Positions 9,074-18,828 of a stretch of DNA of 64,000 nt are shown here, one piece after another (position 1 is the first letter of the stretch; every line of letters begins with the position of its first letter). The stretch comes from Desulfobacterales bacterium (GTDB taxonomy: Bacteria; Desulfobacterota; Desulfobacteria; Desulfobacterales; UBA5852): contig CAXXVS010000003.1 of the NCBI GenBank assembly GCA_963674755.2, positions 1,024,001-1,088,000 on the forward strand, in the 5' to 3' direction. Under the pieces are notes generated by a model. It was given only the letters and a program-made list of their open reading frames with translations. It did no database searches and had not been told where the DNA came from. The position numbers were made by a program, and so were the translations under genes.

Positions 9074-9927
9074 AGGGACTCCTTGTGATCCTCGGGCGCG
9101 GCCGGCGAAGGCGCCGGGATTCCGTCAATCAGGCCGGCCCGGGCGTAAAGATCGAAAAAATGGTGGGTCGGGCCGTGGCCCCGGCCGATGGGCAGGGCGT
9201 TGCGGATGGCACCGCTGATATAGGTTTTGGCATTGGCCACGGCGTCGAAAAAAGGGTGGCCGAGGGCCAGATTGGCGGCAATGGCGGATGAGAAAGTGCA
9301 CCCCGTGCCGTGGGTGTTGGGTGTATCAAAGCGGGGGCTGGTCAGTTCCCGGAAGGTCTGCCCGTCGTAGAGGACGTCGGTGGCCTGGGTGTCTCCCAGG
9401 TGCCCACCCTTGACCACCACCTTGCGGGCGCCCAGGTCCAGGATTTCCCGCGCGGCGGTCTGCATGTCGTCCACCGAACCGATGGCGTGGCCCACCAACC
9501 GTTCGGCTTCGAAGATGTTGGGCGTCACGACCTCGGCCAGGGGGAAAAGGGTTGCCACCAGGGCCTGCTGGGCTTCTTCCTTGAGCAGGGCGTAGCCGCT
9601 CTTGGAAATCATGACCGGATCCAGCACCACGGGCGGCCGTTCGACCTGGCGCAGGGCTTCGGCGATGGCCTCGATCAGGGCGATAGCGGAGACCATGCCG
9701 ATCTTGACGGCGTGGATGGCGATATCGTCGAACAGGCAGAGAATTTGCCCCTTCACGATGTCCGGCGAGATCTCCTGGATATCGTACACCTTTTGTGTAT
9801 TTTGAACGGTAACGGCCGTGATGGCCGTCATGCCGAAAACCCCATGAGCCTGGAAGGTCTTCAGGTCGGCCTGGATGCCGGCGCCGCCTGAAGAGTCCGA
9901 GCCCGCAATGGTCAGCGCTGTGCGCAT
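9070..9927 (-). CDS. thiD: hydroxymethylpyrimidine/phosphomethylpyrimidine kinase
   Basis: ALTIAGSDSSGGAGIQADLKTF, VKIGM, THGTGCTFSSAIAA. Confidence 0.97.
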   Translation of the reverse strand: MRTALTIAGSDSSGGAGIQADLKTFQAHGVFGMTAITAVTVQNTQKVYDIQEISPDIVKGQILCLFDDIAIHAVKIGMVSAIALIEAIAEALRQVERPPVVLDPVMISKSGYALLKEEAQQALVATLFPLAEVVTPNIFEAERLVGHAIGSVDDMQTAAREILDLGARKVVVKGGHLGDTQATDVLYDGQTFRELTSPRFDTPNTHGTGCTFSSAIAANLALGHPFFDAVANAKTYISGAIRNALPIGRGHGPTHHFFDLYARAGLIDGIPAPSPAAPEDHKESL

Positions 9928-10062
9928 GGACGATGTCCTCCTGCAAGGAAAAATGGATGTATTGAGCGGGGTGTCGATCGGCGGCCGACAGCCGGTCGCG
10001 GCATGTCATGGCGGCCTGCGGGAGGGGACCCTTGTTACTGGGTGGGAAGATCAGAAATGCGT

Positions 10063-10154
10063 TTCCGAGTTCCCTACGTCAGTGCGAACTGCATCAGGTT
10101 CAATGGGTCTGCTCTCAGTTCTGCCGGCCCGCGGCCAGAACACCCCAATCGGAA
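10063..10154 (-). ncRNA. TPP riboswitch upstream of thiD
   Basis: Minus strand GGGGTG...CTGAGAGCAGACCCATTGAACCTGATGCAGTTCGCACTGACGTAGGGAA, with TTCCGA/TCGGAA as P1. Confidence 0.93.
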
Positions 10155-10299
10155 TGGTTTGGTCTATTATCAGCCGCAGATGGAAATGACAAGGGGATGG
10201 CGTCGTGGCCGGGTAAGAAAAAAGGATGGTCGGAAGTGGCCTGATGTGGAAGCCGTTACCGTTATTAGGCTGGCGGGTTTATCCAGAAAAGCCGAGTTT

Positions 10300-11271
10300 T
10301 TAATCCTCAGTGTCCGGATAACGTTTTGCTATGCAGCTATCGCAAATGCCATGGCTGAATTCAGCCTCGGAATGTTCGGAGATGTATTTTTCAAGCTGGC
10401 TCCAGGAACCTTTATCGTCACGAATTTCTTTGCAGTCCATACATATCGGTATCGTGCCTTTCAAGGTTTTAATTTCATTTATTGTTTTTTGCAGCTCCGC
10501 GTTGGCATGCGACAGTTCCGCCGTACGTTGCGCGACCTTGATTTCAAGCTGATCTTTGTATTCTATTAGCTCGGCCTCGGCCTGTTGCCGCATGCTTACC
10601 TCATTGAGTGTCTGATAAATCTGATACCAGGCGATGATGGTAACAAGGCTCAGGATAACAGCGGCGAAAAATGTCATTTTTTGCGACATTGAAGCGACTT
10701 CCTGCTTGACATCTTCCAGATAAATTCCCGTGCCGATGATCCATCCCCACGGCTGATATGCTTTGACAAAGGATAGTTTGGGGACGATGCGGCTGTTGTC
10801 CCCTCTCCACTGCCACATGTAAGGTACGTAACCTTCGTGTGTTTTCCGGACGGTTTTAACGAACTCCTCGAAAACCCGGGTCCCTTTCGGATCGGTGAAC
10901 GCCGACATGTTTTTCCCGATCAGGTCCGGTCGATAGGGGTGCATAACAAGAACCGGCGAAAAGTCATTGATCCAAAAATAATCCTGCCGGTCGATGCCGT
11001 AGCGCATTTCTCTCAAATGGTTAATGGCGATTTTCTGGGCCTCTTCGAGGCTGCATCCTCCTGATGCGACTTCATTGTTAAGAGCGTCAACCATTCCCCA
11101 AGAGGCGTTGACGAGTTCTTTTATCATGATCTTTTTTTCTTCCAGCAGACCTTTTTCAAACTGCGGAAGAAATAGAAAAAAGGACGCGAAAATAAAAAGA
11201 AGGACAGCTATTAAGGCTGGGGAGGCGATCCGGAATAGTTGCCGAAAACTGTATGCTTTTTGTTTGTGCAC
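10300..11271 (-). CDS. membrane sensor with a single Cache domain and a C-terminal Cys/His motif; no kinase, MCP or cyclase domain
   Basis: Two TM segments flanking MRYG..DYFWIND..MHPY..KLSFVK..WGWIIGTGIY; tail IPICMDCKEIRDD..W..SHGICDSC. Confidence 0.85.
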   Translation of the reverse strand: MHKQKAYSFRQLFRIASPALIAVLLFIFASFFLFLPQFEKGLLEEKKIMIKELVNASWGMVDALNNEVASGGCSLEEAQKIAINHLREMRYGIDRQDYFWINDFSPVLVMHPYRPDLIGKNMSAFTDPKGTRVFEEFVKTVRKTHEGYVPYMWQWRGDNSRIVPKLSFVKAYQPWGWIIGTGIYLEDVKQEVASMSQKMTFFAAVILSLVTIIAWYQIYQTLNEVSMRQQAEAELIEYKDQLEIKVAQRTAELSHANAELQKTINEIKTLKGTIPICMDCKEIRDDKGSWSQLEKYISEHSEAEFSHGICDSCIAKRYPDTED

Positions 11272-12027
11272 CTTTTGCCCCCCCCCCCACTGTCCACATG
11301 CGCGTTAGAACAGCCGCTTCGTTTTAGAACGCTCCATGAAATTTTTCTGCCCCATCAGGTGTCATATTGGGGCTCTAATTTTTTTTCGGCTATAATAGGG
11401 AAAGCTTTAATCGCCGCCCGGCAATTATATTATAAATGATATTTATATATTGTAATAAAATTTACATAAATCCGGTTCCATAACCGTGCCTTGCACCGGA
11501 ACCCGGCCCCGGCCGGCGCCGGGGCAGCTTTTTCCGTCCCCCGTTTCAGCAGGCATATGCCGCTACGACAAACCCGGCGAAAGCCGATGCCGTTATCGCA
11601 AAATACAGCGCCCTGTTTGTGAGTCATCGTCAATATGACACCATTGCGCTTCAATTTTCGGAGAGGGGTGGCCTCCGGATTACCCGCGACGGCCAGCCGC
11701 TAGCCTGACAGGCGGCCCGCAAGGCGTGTGCCTACGTGCAGTTCTGGTACCGACAGGGGCGGCTGACGCGAAAAACACGCTTATGACCCCGCCGGGAAAG
11801 CCACTTTCGCCGGCCCTATCTGTGGTTGCAGGGGCATTGTGAAATCGGTCGTTGCATCAATTGGGGTATTGGTGAGCGGGGCGGCGTTTGGGGGCCTGTG
11901 TGGTTGATAAGAAGGGCTTCACCGGGAATCCAGCGCTCGTGGGCAAGAGGGGGCTTGATAAAATCCTTGAAACCCTGCAGGTTGGCGTCACCATAGGTTT
12001 GTATTTCGAGGAACGCATCATAGGGCA

Positions 12028-13200
12028 TTATTTCAAGGTGACAAACTCCTTTAACGACGAGTGCAGAATTGCTTCCAGTTCGTCCTGGCGCTCTTCCCTG
12101 GTTTCGGTGAACAGAAATCCGAACACCGGATAGATCGTATAATCCATTTCCCGCAGTTCAAGCGGCTTCTCAAATCCGGCAAGCACCCTGTCAAACTGGA
12201 AAGCGGCGATATCCTCCGCCGGCACACCGGTTGAATTGTCGAGCACGATAATGCTGAAAAGCTTGCCTTCCTTACCGCTCAACAATTCAGGCCAATCGGG
12301 GCGCTGCTGATGATGGTAGGCGAGATAGGGGTTCAAGCCGTAGGCGAGGTAGGTCAAGTCCGCCGTCGAACACCAGCCGCCAAAGCGGAGTGGATTGACC
12401 TCGATCGGGAGCAGGGCGCCGTCCGGCCTTCTGCGAAGCTCGATATGCACAGGGAAATTTTTCACGCCGGCCATCCGCCCGATCTTACCGACAAAGGACG
12501 TAAACGCATCGAGGTGTTGTTCATATAGGGCTTTTGAGGTCGTATACACGCGATCGCTGACGTCCTGATCCGACGAGAAGGTATGCTGCAGGATCCCGAG
12601 GATCACCGGTTCCCCTGCCATGGTGTAATAGGCATCGATGGCAAATTCCTCCCCTGTGATACACTGTTCGATAATGAACGCATGAGGGCTCACGACCTCC
12701 GCCGGGTAGAGCTGTTGAATTTTGGTGATGTCATCCAGGATGCGTGCGACCGTTTGCGGCCATTCCTTCTCATGGGTAATCTTATAAACGCCCATGCTGA
12801 AAAATCCAACGGAGGGCTTGATGATGCAGGGGCAGGGGAAGGTGTGAAACGGAAACGTGGTCAATGCTTCGGCACGCACTTCGACAAACGCAAAATCCGG
12901 AAACAAAGGGCGTGTCATCTTGCGAAAGGCAAACTTGTTTTTAAATAGCGCGACTTTTTGCGCGAGATGGCGGCATTCCGGGTGTCGCGAGAGCCAACTC
13001 AGGGCGTTTTCAGATGTCGTATAGACGCTTGGATACGGTGTTTCGCCAATCATGCGGCAGGCCTGTGCTTCATCCAACAGGGGGGTGCCCGGGTACAGAT
13101 TGAAATCCTTGACCACCGGCGTTCGCACCACCGGGAGGGCATGCTTTTGGAGCGTGCGCTTGAGAAAATCCGACACATAGGGGTGTTCCACAAAAAACAT
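12028..13200 (-). CDS. ATP-grasp domain protein
   Basis: IIKPSVGFFSMGV, IIEQCITGEEFAID, HIELR, IEVNPLRFGG. Confidence 0.85.
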   Translation of the reverse strand: MFFVEHPYVSDFLKRTLQKHALPVVRTPVVKDFNLYPGTPLLDEAQACRMIGETPYPSVYTTSENALSWLSRHPECRHLAQKVALFKNKFAFRKMTRPLFPDFAFVEVRAEALTTFPFHTFPCPCIIKPSVGFFSMGVYKITHEKEWPQTVARILDDITKIQQLYPAEVVSPHAFIIEQCITGEEFAIDAYYTMAGEPVILGILQHTFSSDQDVSDRVYTTSKALYEQHLDAFTSFVGKIGRMAGVKNFPVHIELRRRPDGALLPIEVNPLRFGGWCSTADLTYLAYGLNPYLAYHHQQRPDWPELLSGKEGKLFSIIVLDNSTGVPAEDIAAFQFDRVLAGFEKPLELREMDYTIYPVFGFLFTETREERQDELEAILHSSLKEFVTLK

Positions 13201-13362
13201 ATCATTCCTTTCATCGTCAGGCCTTGGGCCGTTTGAGGATGCATACCGATGGGACCTTCTCATAGCACAGCACCCTAGCGAGTGTCTTGTATGGCGGACG
13301 CGGCCAGTGCCGTGTTGAGGGATATCGTGGTCAAAAGCAAATGGCGATCTTAACATTCGTAC

Positions 13363-13396
13363 AAGAAAGGATGCCTATCAGATAAGACAGGCATCC
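13363..13396 (-). terminator. intrinsic terminator-like hairpin
   Basis: Minus strand GGATGCCTGTC-TTATCT-GATAGGCATCC-TTTCTT. Confidence 0.55.
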
Positions 13397-13581
13397 ACAT
13401 TTCAGCAAAGCGTTGCGCCTATTCGGGTGTGTTAAAGAAAATAAGCCGCGGTTATGACCTGCTGATCCGCCCGCCACCGGCGGACGATCTGCTTGACCGG
13501 CACGGTCGATAGCGCCTAATAAGGCAACAGAGCCTCTCAGGACGCCCCGTGAGGTACCCAAAATATGCGCGGCAACACACC

Positions 13582-13775
13582 ATGGGCACTATCGAAACGA
13601 CACACGGCCGCGCAGGGGATCTGACGATTGCCAAATCGCCTTTCTCATTCCGGACACGGAAGAGCGCGTGCGGTTTGCCCAGCTTTTCAAAGCGTGTATG
13701 GAAGCGCAGGGGTTTACGTTCCGGCCGTTTTTCGACCGCGAAAGCGCTGAAGCATGGCTATTGCGACGTACCTGA
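13582..13775 (+). pseudogene. internally deleted SpoIIAA/STAS-like gene remnant
   Basis: MGTIETTHGRAGDLTIAK joins out of frame to IAFLIPDTEERVRFAQLFKACMEAQGFTFRPFFDRESAEAWL, resembling the SpoIIAA-like C-terminal F.D...A..WL motif. Confidence 0.5.
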
Positions 13776-13838
13776 AGCCATCACGTTCGACGTTTTGCTT
13801 CTTGCCGTACAAGTGTATCGCTAGGCGACAATGACGTT

Positions 13839-14397
13839 ACGGGTCTGGGGATGTCGGTCGTATGGGGGGACTGTCAAGGATCATAGCGGGTTCATCGATC
13901 TTACAAGCGCGCTTGGTGTCGGTACGACCTTCAAGATCTATTTCCCGGTGACGCGCAAGGCCCTCCAAGACAGCAGGGACAGAATAGACCTCGAAGATTT
14001 GTATGGTGCGGATGAGACGATTTTAGTTGTCGATGATGTCGCGGCTCAAAGGAAAATCGCCACTTCCATATTGACGCAGTTAGGGTACGCGGTCAGTTCG
14101 GTCGCAAGCGGTGAGGAGGCGCTCGTATATTTGAAAGATCATTCGGTAGACCTTTTGGTTTTGGACATGATCATGGCACCTGGAATGAATGGACTTGAGA
14201 CCTATCGTAAAGTGCTGGAAATCTCGCCAAATCAAAAAGCGATCATTACAAGTGGCTATGCCGAAACCGATTCTGTCGCTCAGGCGCAGGCTTTAGGCGC
14301 CGGTCCATATGTTAAGAAACCCTACACCATCGAGAAAATAGGCCTTGCCGTAAAAACGGAACTGGAAAAAGCTGGAAATTCCAAAGAGACGGCCTAG
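13839..14397 (+). pseudogene. C-terminal fragment of a hybrid histidine kinase (G2 box + receiver)
   Basis: Begins abruptly at TGLGMSVVWG; an extra G in the run at 13864-13869 shifts frame into TVKDHSG..GTTFKIYFP, then an intact REC (ILVVDD, LVLDMIM, KP). Confidence 0.8.
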
Positions 14398-14444
14398 AAG
14401 CCGGCCCCTTCGATAAGGCCGCCCCAATGTTGACGGCCGATACG

Positions 14445-14792
14445 TCAGGGATGGGGTGTATCGGCACTTCCGCCGCTGGAAAACCGGAAGAAAACCTCTT
14501 CGAAATTCATGATTCGACCACCCCGGATTTCAATGCCTTCTTCCTTGAGAAGTTGGATTTTTTCCCGGATAGCAGTGCCTTCGGTCTTGCCCTTGAATCC
14601 ACCCATCCGACCGGATGCGGCCACCACCCGGTGTCAAGGTACCTCGGGCGCATAGGGATTGTGCTTCATGGCCTGGCCGACCCCACGGTAGGCCCGGGTG
14701 CCGAGCGCATGCGCAATTTCCTTGTAGGTCGTGACACGCCCGCGGGGCACCTTCCGCAAAAGATCGTATGCTCTGTCAGCAAAAGTTTTCAT
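14445..14792 (-). CDS. O6-alkylguanine-DNA alkyltransferase (Ogt/MGMT family), probable selenoprotein
   Basis: VPRGRVTTY..RAYRGVGQAMKHNP..EVP-TGA(14634-14636)-HRVV..GRMGGF..K..LL..EG; TGA replaces the Cys of PCHRV, the frame continues, and a hairpin lies just 3'. Confidence 0.85.
14600..14622 (-). promoter_or_regulatory. candidate bacterial SECIS element
   Basis: CATCC-GGTC-GGATG stem-loop with the loop G 22 nt after the UGA. Confidence 0.65.
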
Positions 14793-14994
14793 CGTCTTTC
14801 CTTTTTTTTGCCAAAATGCGGCCAATGCCTAATGACGATCCCGCCGCAACGCAGCGGGGTATCGATAAAGGCCATGTAACGCCGCAAGCGGCGGGGCATT
14901 ATTCCCTTGTCCGCCTTTGGCGTATTTAATCCATAAAGGCCTTTTCGACGCGACGCGTAAAAAACGTTGGGCTCGATTGTGATCCCCGCAAGGA

Positions 14995-16917
14995 CTATTT
15001 TTGTTTGATATCCAGCACCTGCCGGACGCTGTTGGCCAGATCCGCATAGATGATCGGTTTCATGAGCACGGCATTGATGCCGAGCGTCTCGATTGCTTGA
15101 CCCCGGACCCTCTCACTGAATCCACTGCATAGGATGATCGGGATTTCAGGCCGGATTGCTCTTATTTTCCGGGCCAACTCATCGCCGGTCATTTTGGGCA
15201 TGGTCATGTCGCTGATGACCAGGTCATATCGGTCAGGATGCGAACGGAAAGCTTGCACGGCATTGATGGAACTCGCCCAGGTTTCCACCCGATAGCCGAG
15301 CCGTTCCAATAAATTCCGGCCAAGATCGATAATCGATTTTTCGTCGTCTACAAAGAGAATGCACTCATTCCCTGGGGGCAGCCGGGTCGTTTGCCCGTCC
15401 GGGACTTTGGCCGCTGCCTCGGCAACCGGTAGATAGACATGGAAAGTCGTGCCGCGCCCGACTTCGCTTTGCACCGTGATGCGGCCTCCGTGGTTTTTCA
15501 CGATGCCGTGTACGGTGGAGAGGCCCAGCCCGGTGCCTTCACCGGTGGGCTTGGTTGTAAAATAGGGATCGAAAATCCGGTTGATTTTATCCGCTGCGAT
15601 GCCGCGACCGGTGTCGGCGATGGAAAGCTTGAGGTAATCCCCCGAATTCATTTCCGGCAAGCTCGGTGCACCCTGATCTTGAAGGGTAACGGCCGTCAAG
15701 CTTACTTCCAGCAAGCCCCCGGTGTTTTTCATGGCATAGTGGGCGTTGGTGCACAAGTTCATGACGATCTGGTGGATCTGGGTTTCATCCGCGAATACCG
15801 GAGGGAGGTTCGGCGATATGGATTCATGGATTTCAATATTGGCGGGCAAGGTCGCCCTGATAAGTTTTAACGCCTCGACCACAGCGCGACTGATATCGAG
15901 CGGTCCTCTTTCGGATCGGCCCTGGCGGCTGAACGCGAGAATCTGGTTTACCAACGCTTTCGCACGGCTGCCGGCTTGGGCGATTTGGGCGGCATATCGC
16001 TCCAGTTCGGAATCGGCCGGGCATTCGAGTTGCGCCAATTCGGCATACCCTAAAATAGCGGCCAGAATATTGTTGAAATCGTGGGCGATCCCGCCGGCCA
16101 GGGTTCCCAGCGATTCCATTTTCTGGGCCTCGCGCAATTGGGCTTCCATCTTGAGGTGTCGCTTTTCAGCCTCTTTCCGCTCGGTAATGTCGTGCACAAA
16201 AGAAACACCATAGCGTTCGTTGTTGAATTCAAATATATTTCCGGTAACCGAGACGGGAATGTCGGTGCCGCCCTTGCTGCGATGGACGGTCTCAAATTGA
16301 TTATAGCCGATTTTCAGCTTTCGGCGCCAGAACTGCTCAATTTTTTCTATAGAATAGCGCCTATCGATGTCCAGGATATTCATTCGGCACAGCTCTTCCC
16401 TGGTGTATCCGAGATATTGGCAGGCATATTCGTTAACATTGTAAATGGCGCCGCCCTCCTTAGTCAGGAAAATACCGAACGAAGCCTTGTCTAAGACGAA
16501 CTGCGCAATGCGCAGCGATTCGAGCGTGTATTTGCGTTCCGTTATGTCTTGAAACAGGGCGATGGAATAACGGTATCCGTCGAATTCGACCAGGGTGGCG
16601 GTCACTTCAACCGGGAAAACGGCCCCGTTCTTCCGCCGCGAGGTGGATTCAAACGTGGTGGAACCGCTGTCGCAGAGGTTTCGCCAGAGTTCTGGCCAGA
16701 TTTCCAGAGGCATAGAGGGGTCGATATCCCATATCGACAACTGGGTCAGTTCCTCATTCTCATACCCCAGGGTTTCGCAAGCTTTGTGGTTGGCATACAA
16801 AATACGGCCGGTTTCGCCAAGCAGGATGGCGCTGACCGCGGCGTGGTCAAGACAGAATCTCGCCAGCATATTTTCCCTGGAGTTCCGGGCTGCAGGATCC
16901 TCTCCCCTTTTCCCCAT
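14995..16917 (-). CDS. cytoplasmic PAS-PAS hybrid histidine kinase
   Basis: Two PAS repeats, GGIAHDFNN H-box, NLCTNA, DPYFTTK..GTGLGL, C-terminal receiver. Confidence 0.95.
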   Translation of the reverse strand: MGKRGEDPAARNSRENMLARFCLDHAAVSAILLGETGRILYANHKACETLGYENEELTQLSIWDIDPSMPLEIWPELWRNLCDSGSTTFESTSRRKNGAVFPVEVTATLVEFDGYRYSIALFQDITERKYTLESLRIAQFVLDKASFGIFLTKEGGAIYNVNEYACQYLGYTREELCRMNILDIDRRYSIEKIEQFWRRKLKIGYNQFETVHRSKGGTDIPVSVTGNIFEFNNERYGVSFVHDITERKEAEKRHLKMEAQLREAQKMESLGTLAGGIAHDFNNILAAILGYAELAQLECPADSELERYAAQIAQAGSRAKALVNQILAFSRQGRSERGPLDISRAVVEALKLIRATLPANIEIHESISPNLPPVFADETQIHQIVMNLCTNAHYAMKNTGGLLEVSLTAVTLQDQGAPSLPEMNSGDYLKLSIADTGRGIAADKINRIFDPYFTTKPTGEGTGLGLSTVHGIVKNHGGRITVQSEVGRGTTFHVYLPVAEAAAKVPDGQTTRLPPGNECILFVDDEKSIIDLGRNLLERLGYRVETWASSINAVQAFRSHPDRYDLVISDMTMPKMTGDELARKIRAIRPEIPIILCSGFSERVRGQAIETLGINAVLMKPIIYADLANSVRQVLDIKQK

Positions 16918-17334
16918 GCCGTCCTCCGATTTAGTGAACTTCAGTTAGGTTTCTGGGATATCATTGGGTTGTCGATGGAATACGCAACAGGGTTAGAAGG
17001 ATCCAAGCGGTACGGGTCGTGAATTCGGTTTCGCAAAGGCGGAAAAGGGGAAGGGGATTTATCGACCCGGGGTGCCCGTCAGCCGCGGGCACAAATTTAT
17101 TGCCAGGTTTCCGGCGCACAGCACAGGACCTTTGTATAACCCCCTGTCGGGGAGTGCTTTTAAAGGTTGCGGCCAGGTTGGCAGGTGTTATCGTTTGCGA
17201 TTTGTCGCGAGTACCGGTCATTGTATCGCTTTCCGTACAACCGGTTCAGAAGATGGTGAGTTACCTATATGCCAGTTCAAAGTTAGGGTTTTCGTTCCAG
17301 TCGTCACAACTATGAGCCCGACCGTGTCGTGCGT

Positions 17335-17913
17335 TTAAGAATGGTCCTTTGTCCCAACCACCAGGAAATGTTTTACCATGTCAGTGTAAACAGCAATGTC
17401 TTTAAAACCTACCCCCATCAATTGCTGCTTAACCGTTACGGGTGAATACCTTATGTCCGTGGGCGGCCCCTCGGACATCGATTCTTTTTTCCAGTCGACG
17501 ATAAAGATCTTGCCGCCGGGTTCCGCGATACGATTGGCTTCTTCAAGGGTCCGCGTCGGGTTTTCCAGCTCATGGTGCACATTGATCATAAACACCAGGT
17601 CCACACTACCGTCGTCGAGCGGCACGGAATGCTCTTCTGTTTTTAATGGGATGATACGGGGATATTGCGGAGAGACGTTTTCCTTTATCCATTCGATCAT
17701 GATGTCGGACAGGTCGCAGGCATAGATGGTCGAAGATGTGGATTTTTGGAGAAAAGCAATACTGAAAAAGCCTGTACCGGCACCAATTTCGACAATGGTT
17801 TGCGGGTGTTGGATGTTTAATTTCTCCCAGACATAGTCGGGCGGGATATCCGTCAGGCGTTGGGGATCATTCAACTTCTGCAATTTCTTGGGGTTGAATT
17901 TCTTTTCGGGCAT
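17335..17913 (-). CDS. class I SAM-dependent methyltransferase
   Basis: IVEIGAGTGFF, ACDLS, VDLVFMINVHHEL, PGGKIFIVDW. Confidence 0.9.
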   Translation of the reverse strand: MPEKKFNPKKLQKLNDPQRLTDIPPDYVWEKLNIQHPQTIVEIGAGTGFFSIAFLQKSTSSTIYACDLSDIMIEWIKENVSPQYPRIIPLKTEEHSVPLDDGSVDLVFMINVHHELENPTRTLEEANRIAEPGGKIFIVDWKKESMSEGPPTDIRYSPVTVKQQLMGVGFKDIAVYTDMVKHFLVVGTKDHS

Positions 17914-17979
17914 AATAAGGAATACCTGTGGCTCTGATAATAGATTTTTTTTGTTAAGAATGGTTGTCGTTGATCCCCC

Positions 17980-18058
17980 TACCAAAGCGGTTAAAAGACA
18001 CCCGACATGAAGCGTTTTCGAATCCACCCGTGACGGGTGTCTTTTCACCGCTTTGGTA
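17980..18058. repeat. long inverted repeat (REP/MITE-like)
   Basis: 28-bp arms TACCAAAGCGGTTAAAAGACACCCGACA / TGACGGGTGTCTTTTCACCGCTTTGGTA with 2 mismatches and a 23-bp spacer. Confidence 0.8.
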
Positions 18059-18070
18059 AGTCCCACAAGA

Positions 18071-18385
18071 TCAATGACACTCCCCCTTTGCCAAGCCCTC
18101 AACCACCTCTTCCAGCATCTCACCAACATAGTCGATATTATCGAGCACATCCTTGGGCGCCTCACCCGATAAGCAGAGGTTTCGAATAACGAGGATTATT
18201 GGCGGCATCCTGTTAAGATCTCTTACGACCTCCCAACTCATTCCTTCATCGATTTGAACAAGGACGCGATTCCCGTTACGGAATCCGGCCGCTTCTACAA
18301 CGGATTCACGCAAAACGGCCCAGGCGCCCTGGAGGTCACTTAGCGCCGTCTTAATAAAGGCGGTTTGTTCCCCATGGAAACCCAT
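18071..18385 (-). CDS. hypothetical protein
   Basis: 104-aa ORF with GGGAG RBS and helical, protein-like composition. Confidence 0.6.
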   Translation of the reverse strand: MGFHGEQTAFIKTALSDLQGAWAVLRESVVEAAGFRNGNRVLVQIDEGMSWEVVRDLNRMPPIILVIRNLCLSGEAPKDVLDNIDYVGEMLEEVVEGLAKGECH

Positions 18386-18671
18386 TGCGCATGCTCCCTG
18401 GTCTATCGCGGCCAGCTGTTTTAGCGATCGCCTAAGGAAATAATTTTAGACCCGGCTTCTTCAAGAAACATACCATCCAGAAACCGGCTTTTCAACGGCC
18501 GTCCAAAATGTCGCGCAGGACTGGCGGATTTCCCGGATACCATCATTCTTGGGGAAACACCTTGCGCGCTATGCACGGATGGCGGTTCTGATCAAATGTT
18601 CTCCGGCCGACAGGCTGGCGATAGATTTGACATCTACCGGCGGTAATGCTATTGGAATTGCCTCTCTAAAT

Positions 18672-18760
18672 GCTGGGGGAGTCGATGGGGATCGACTGAG
18701 AGGAGACTGGCAGTCTCGACCCTTATGACCTGATCCGGATCATACCGGCGTAGGGAAGTC
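18672..18760 (+). ncRNA. TPP riboswitch upstream of the thiXYZ-like ABC transporter
   Basis: GGGGGAGTCGAT..ATCGACTGAGAG...GACCCTTATGACCTGATCCGGATCATACCGGCGTAGGGAAG. Confidence 0.95.
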
Positions 18761-18828
18761 CTTCATGCCACCGCCTCCCGTCCACCTTGTTTCCCCCTCA
18801 AATACGTCATGCGGCGCGAGGCACCCGC

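Noticed and set aside
5631..9128. Long ORFs 5631..6866 and 6897..9128 as fusion proteins
   Set aside because: Their N-terminal extensions are off-frame overlaps of ecfT and thiW; plausible starts are 6227 and 8537.
13525..13555. GGGGCGTCCTGAGAG on the minus strand, resembling a third TPP riboswitch
   Set aside because: No downstream CCTGAT...CGTAGGGA core.
14445..14825. Alkyltransferase as a nonsense pseudogene
   Set aside because: Less likely than Sec: the stop sits exactly on the catalytic Cys, a SECIS-like hairpin follows, and both halves are intact. Not fully excluded.
16920..17335. ORFs and a small hairpin upstream of the hybrid kinase
   Set aside because: No recognisable protein or riboswitch motifs.
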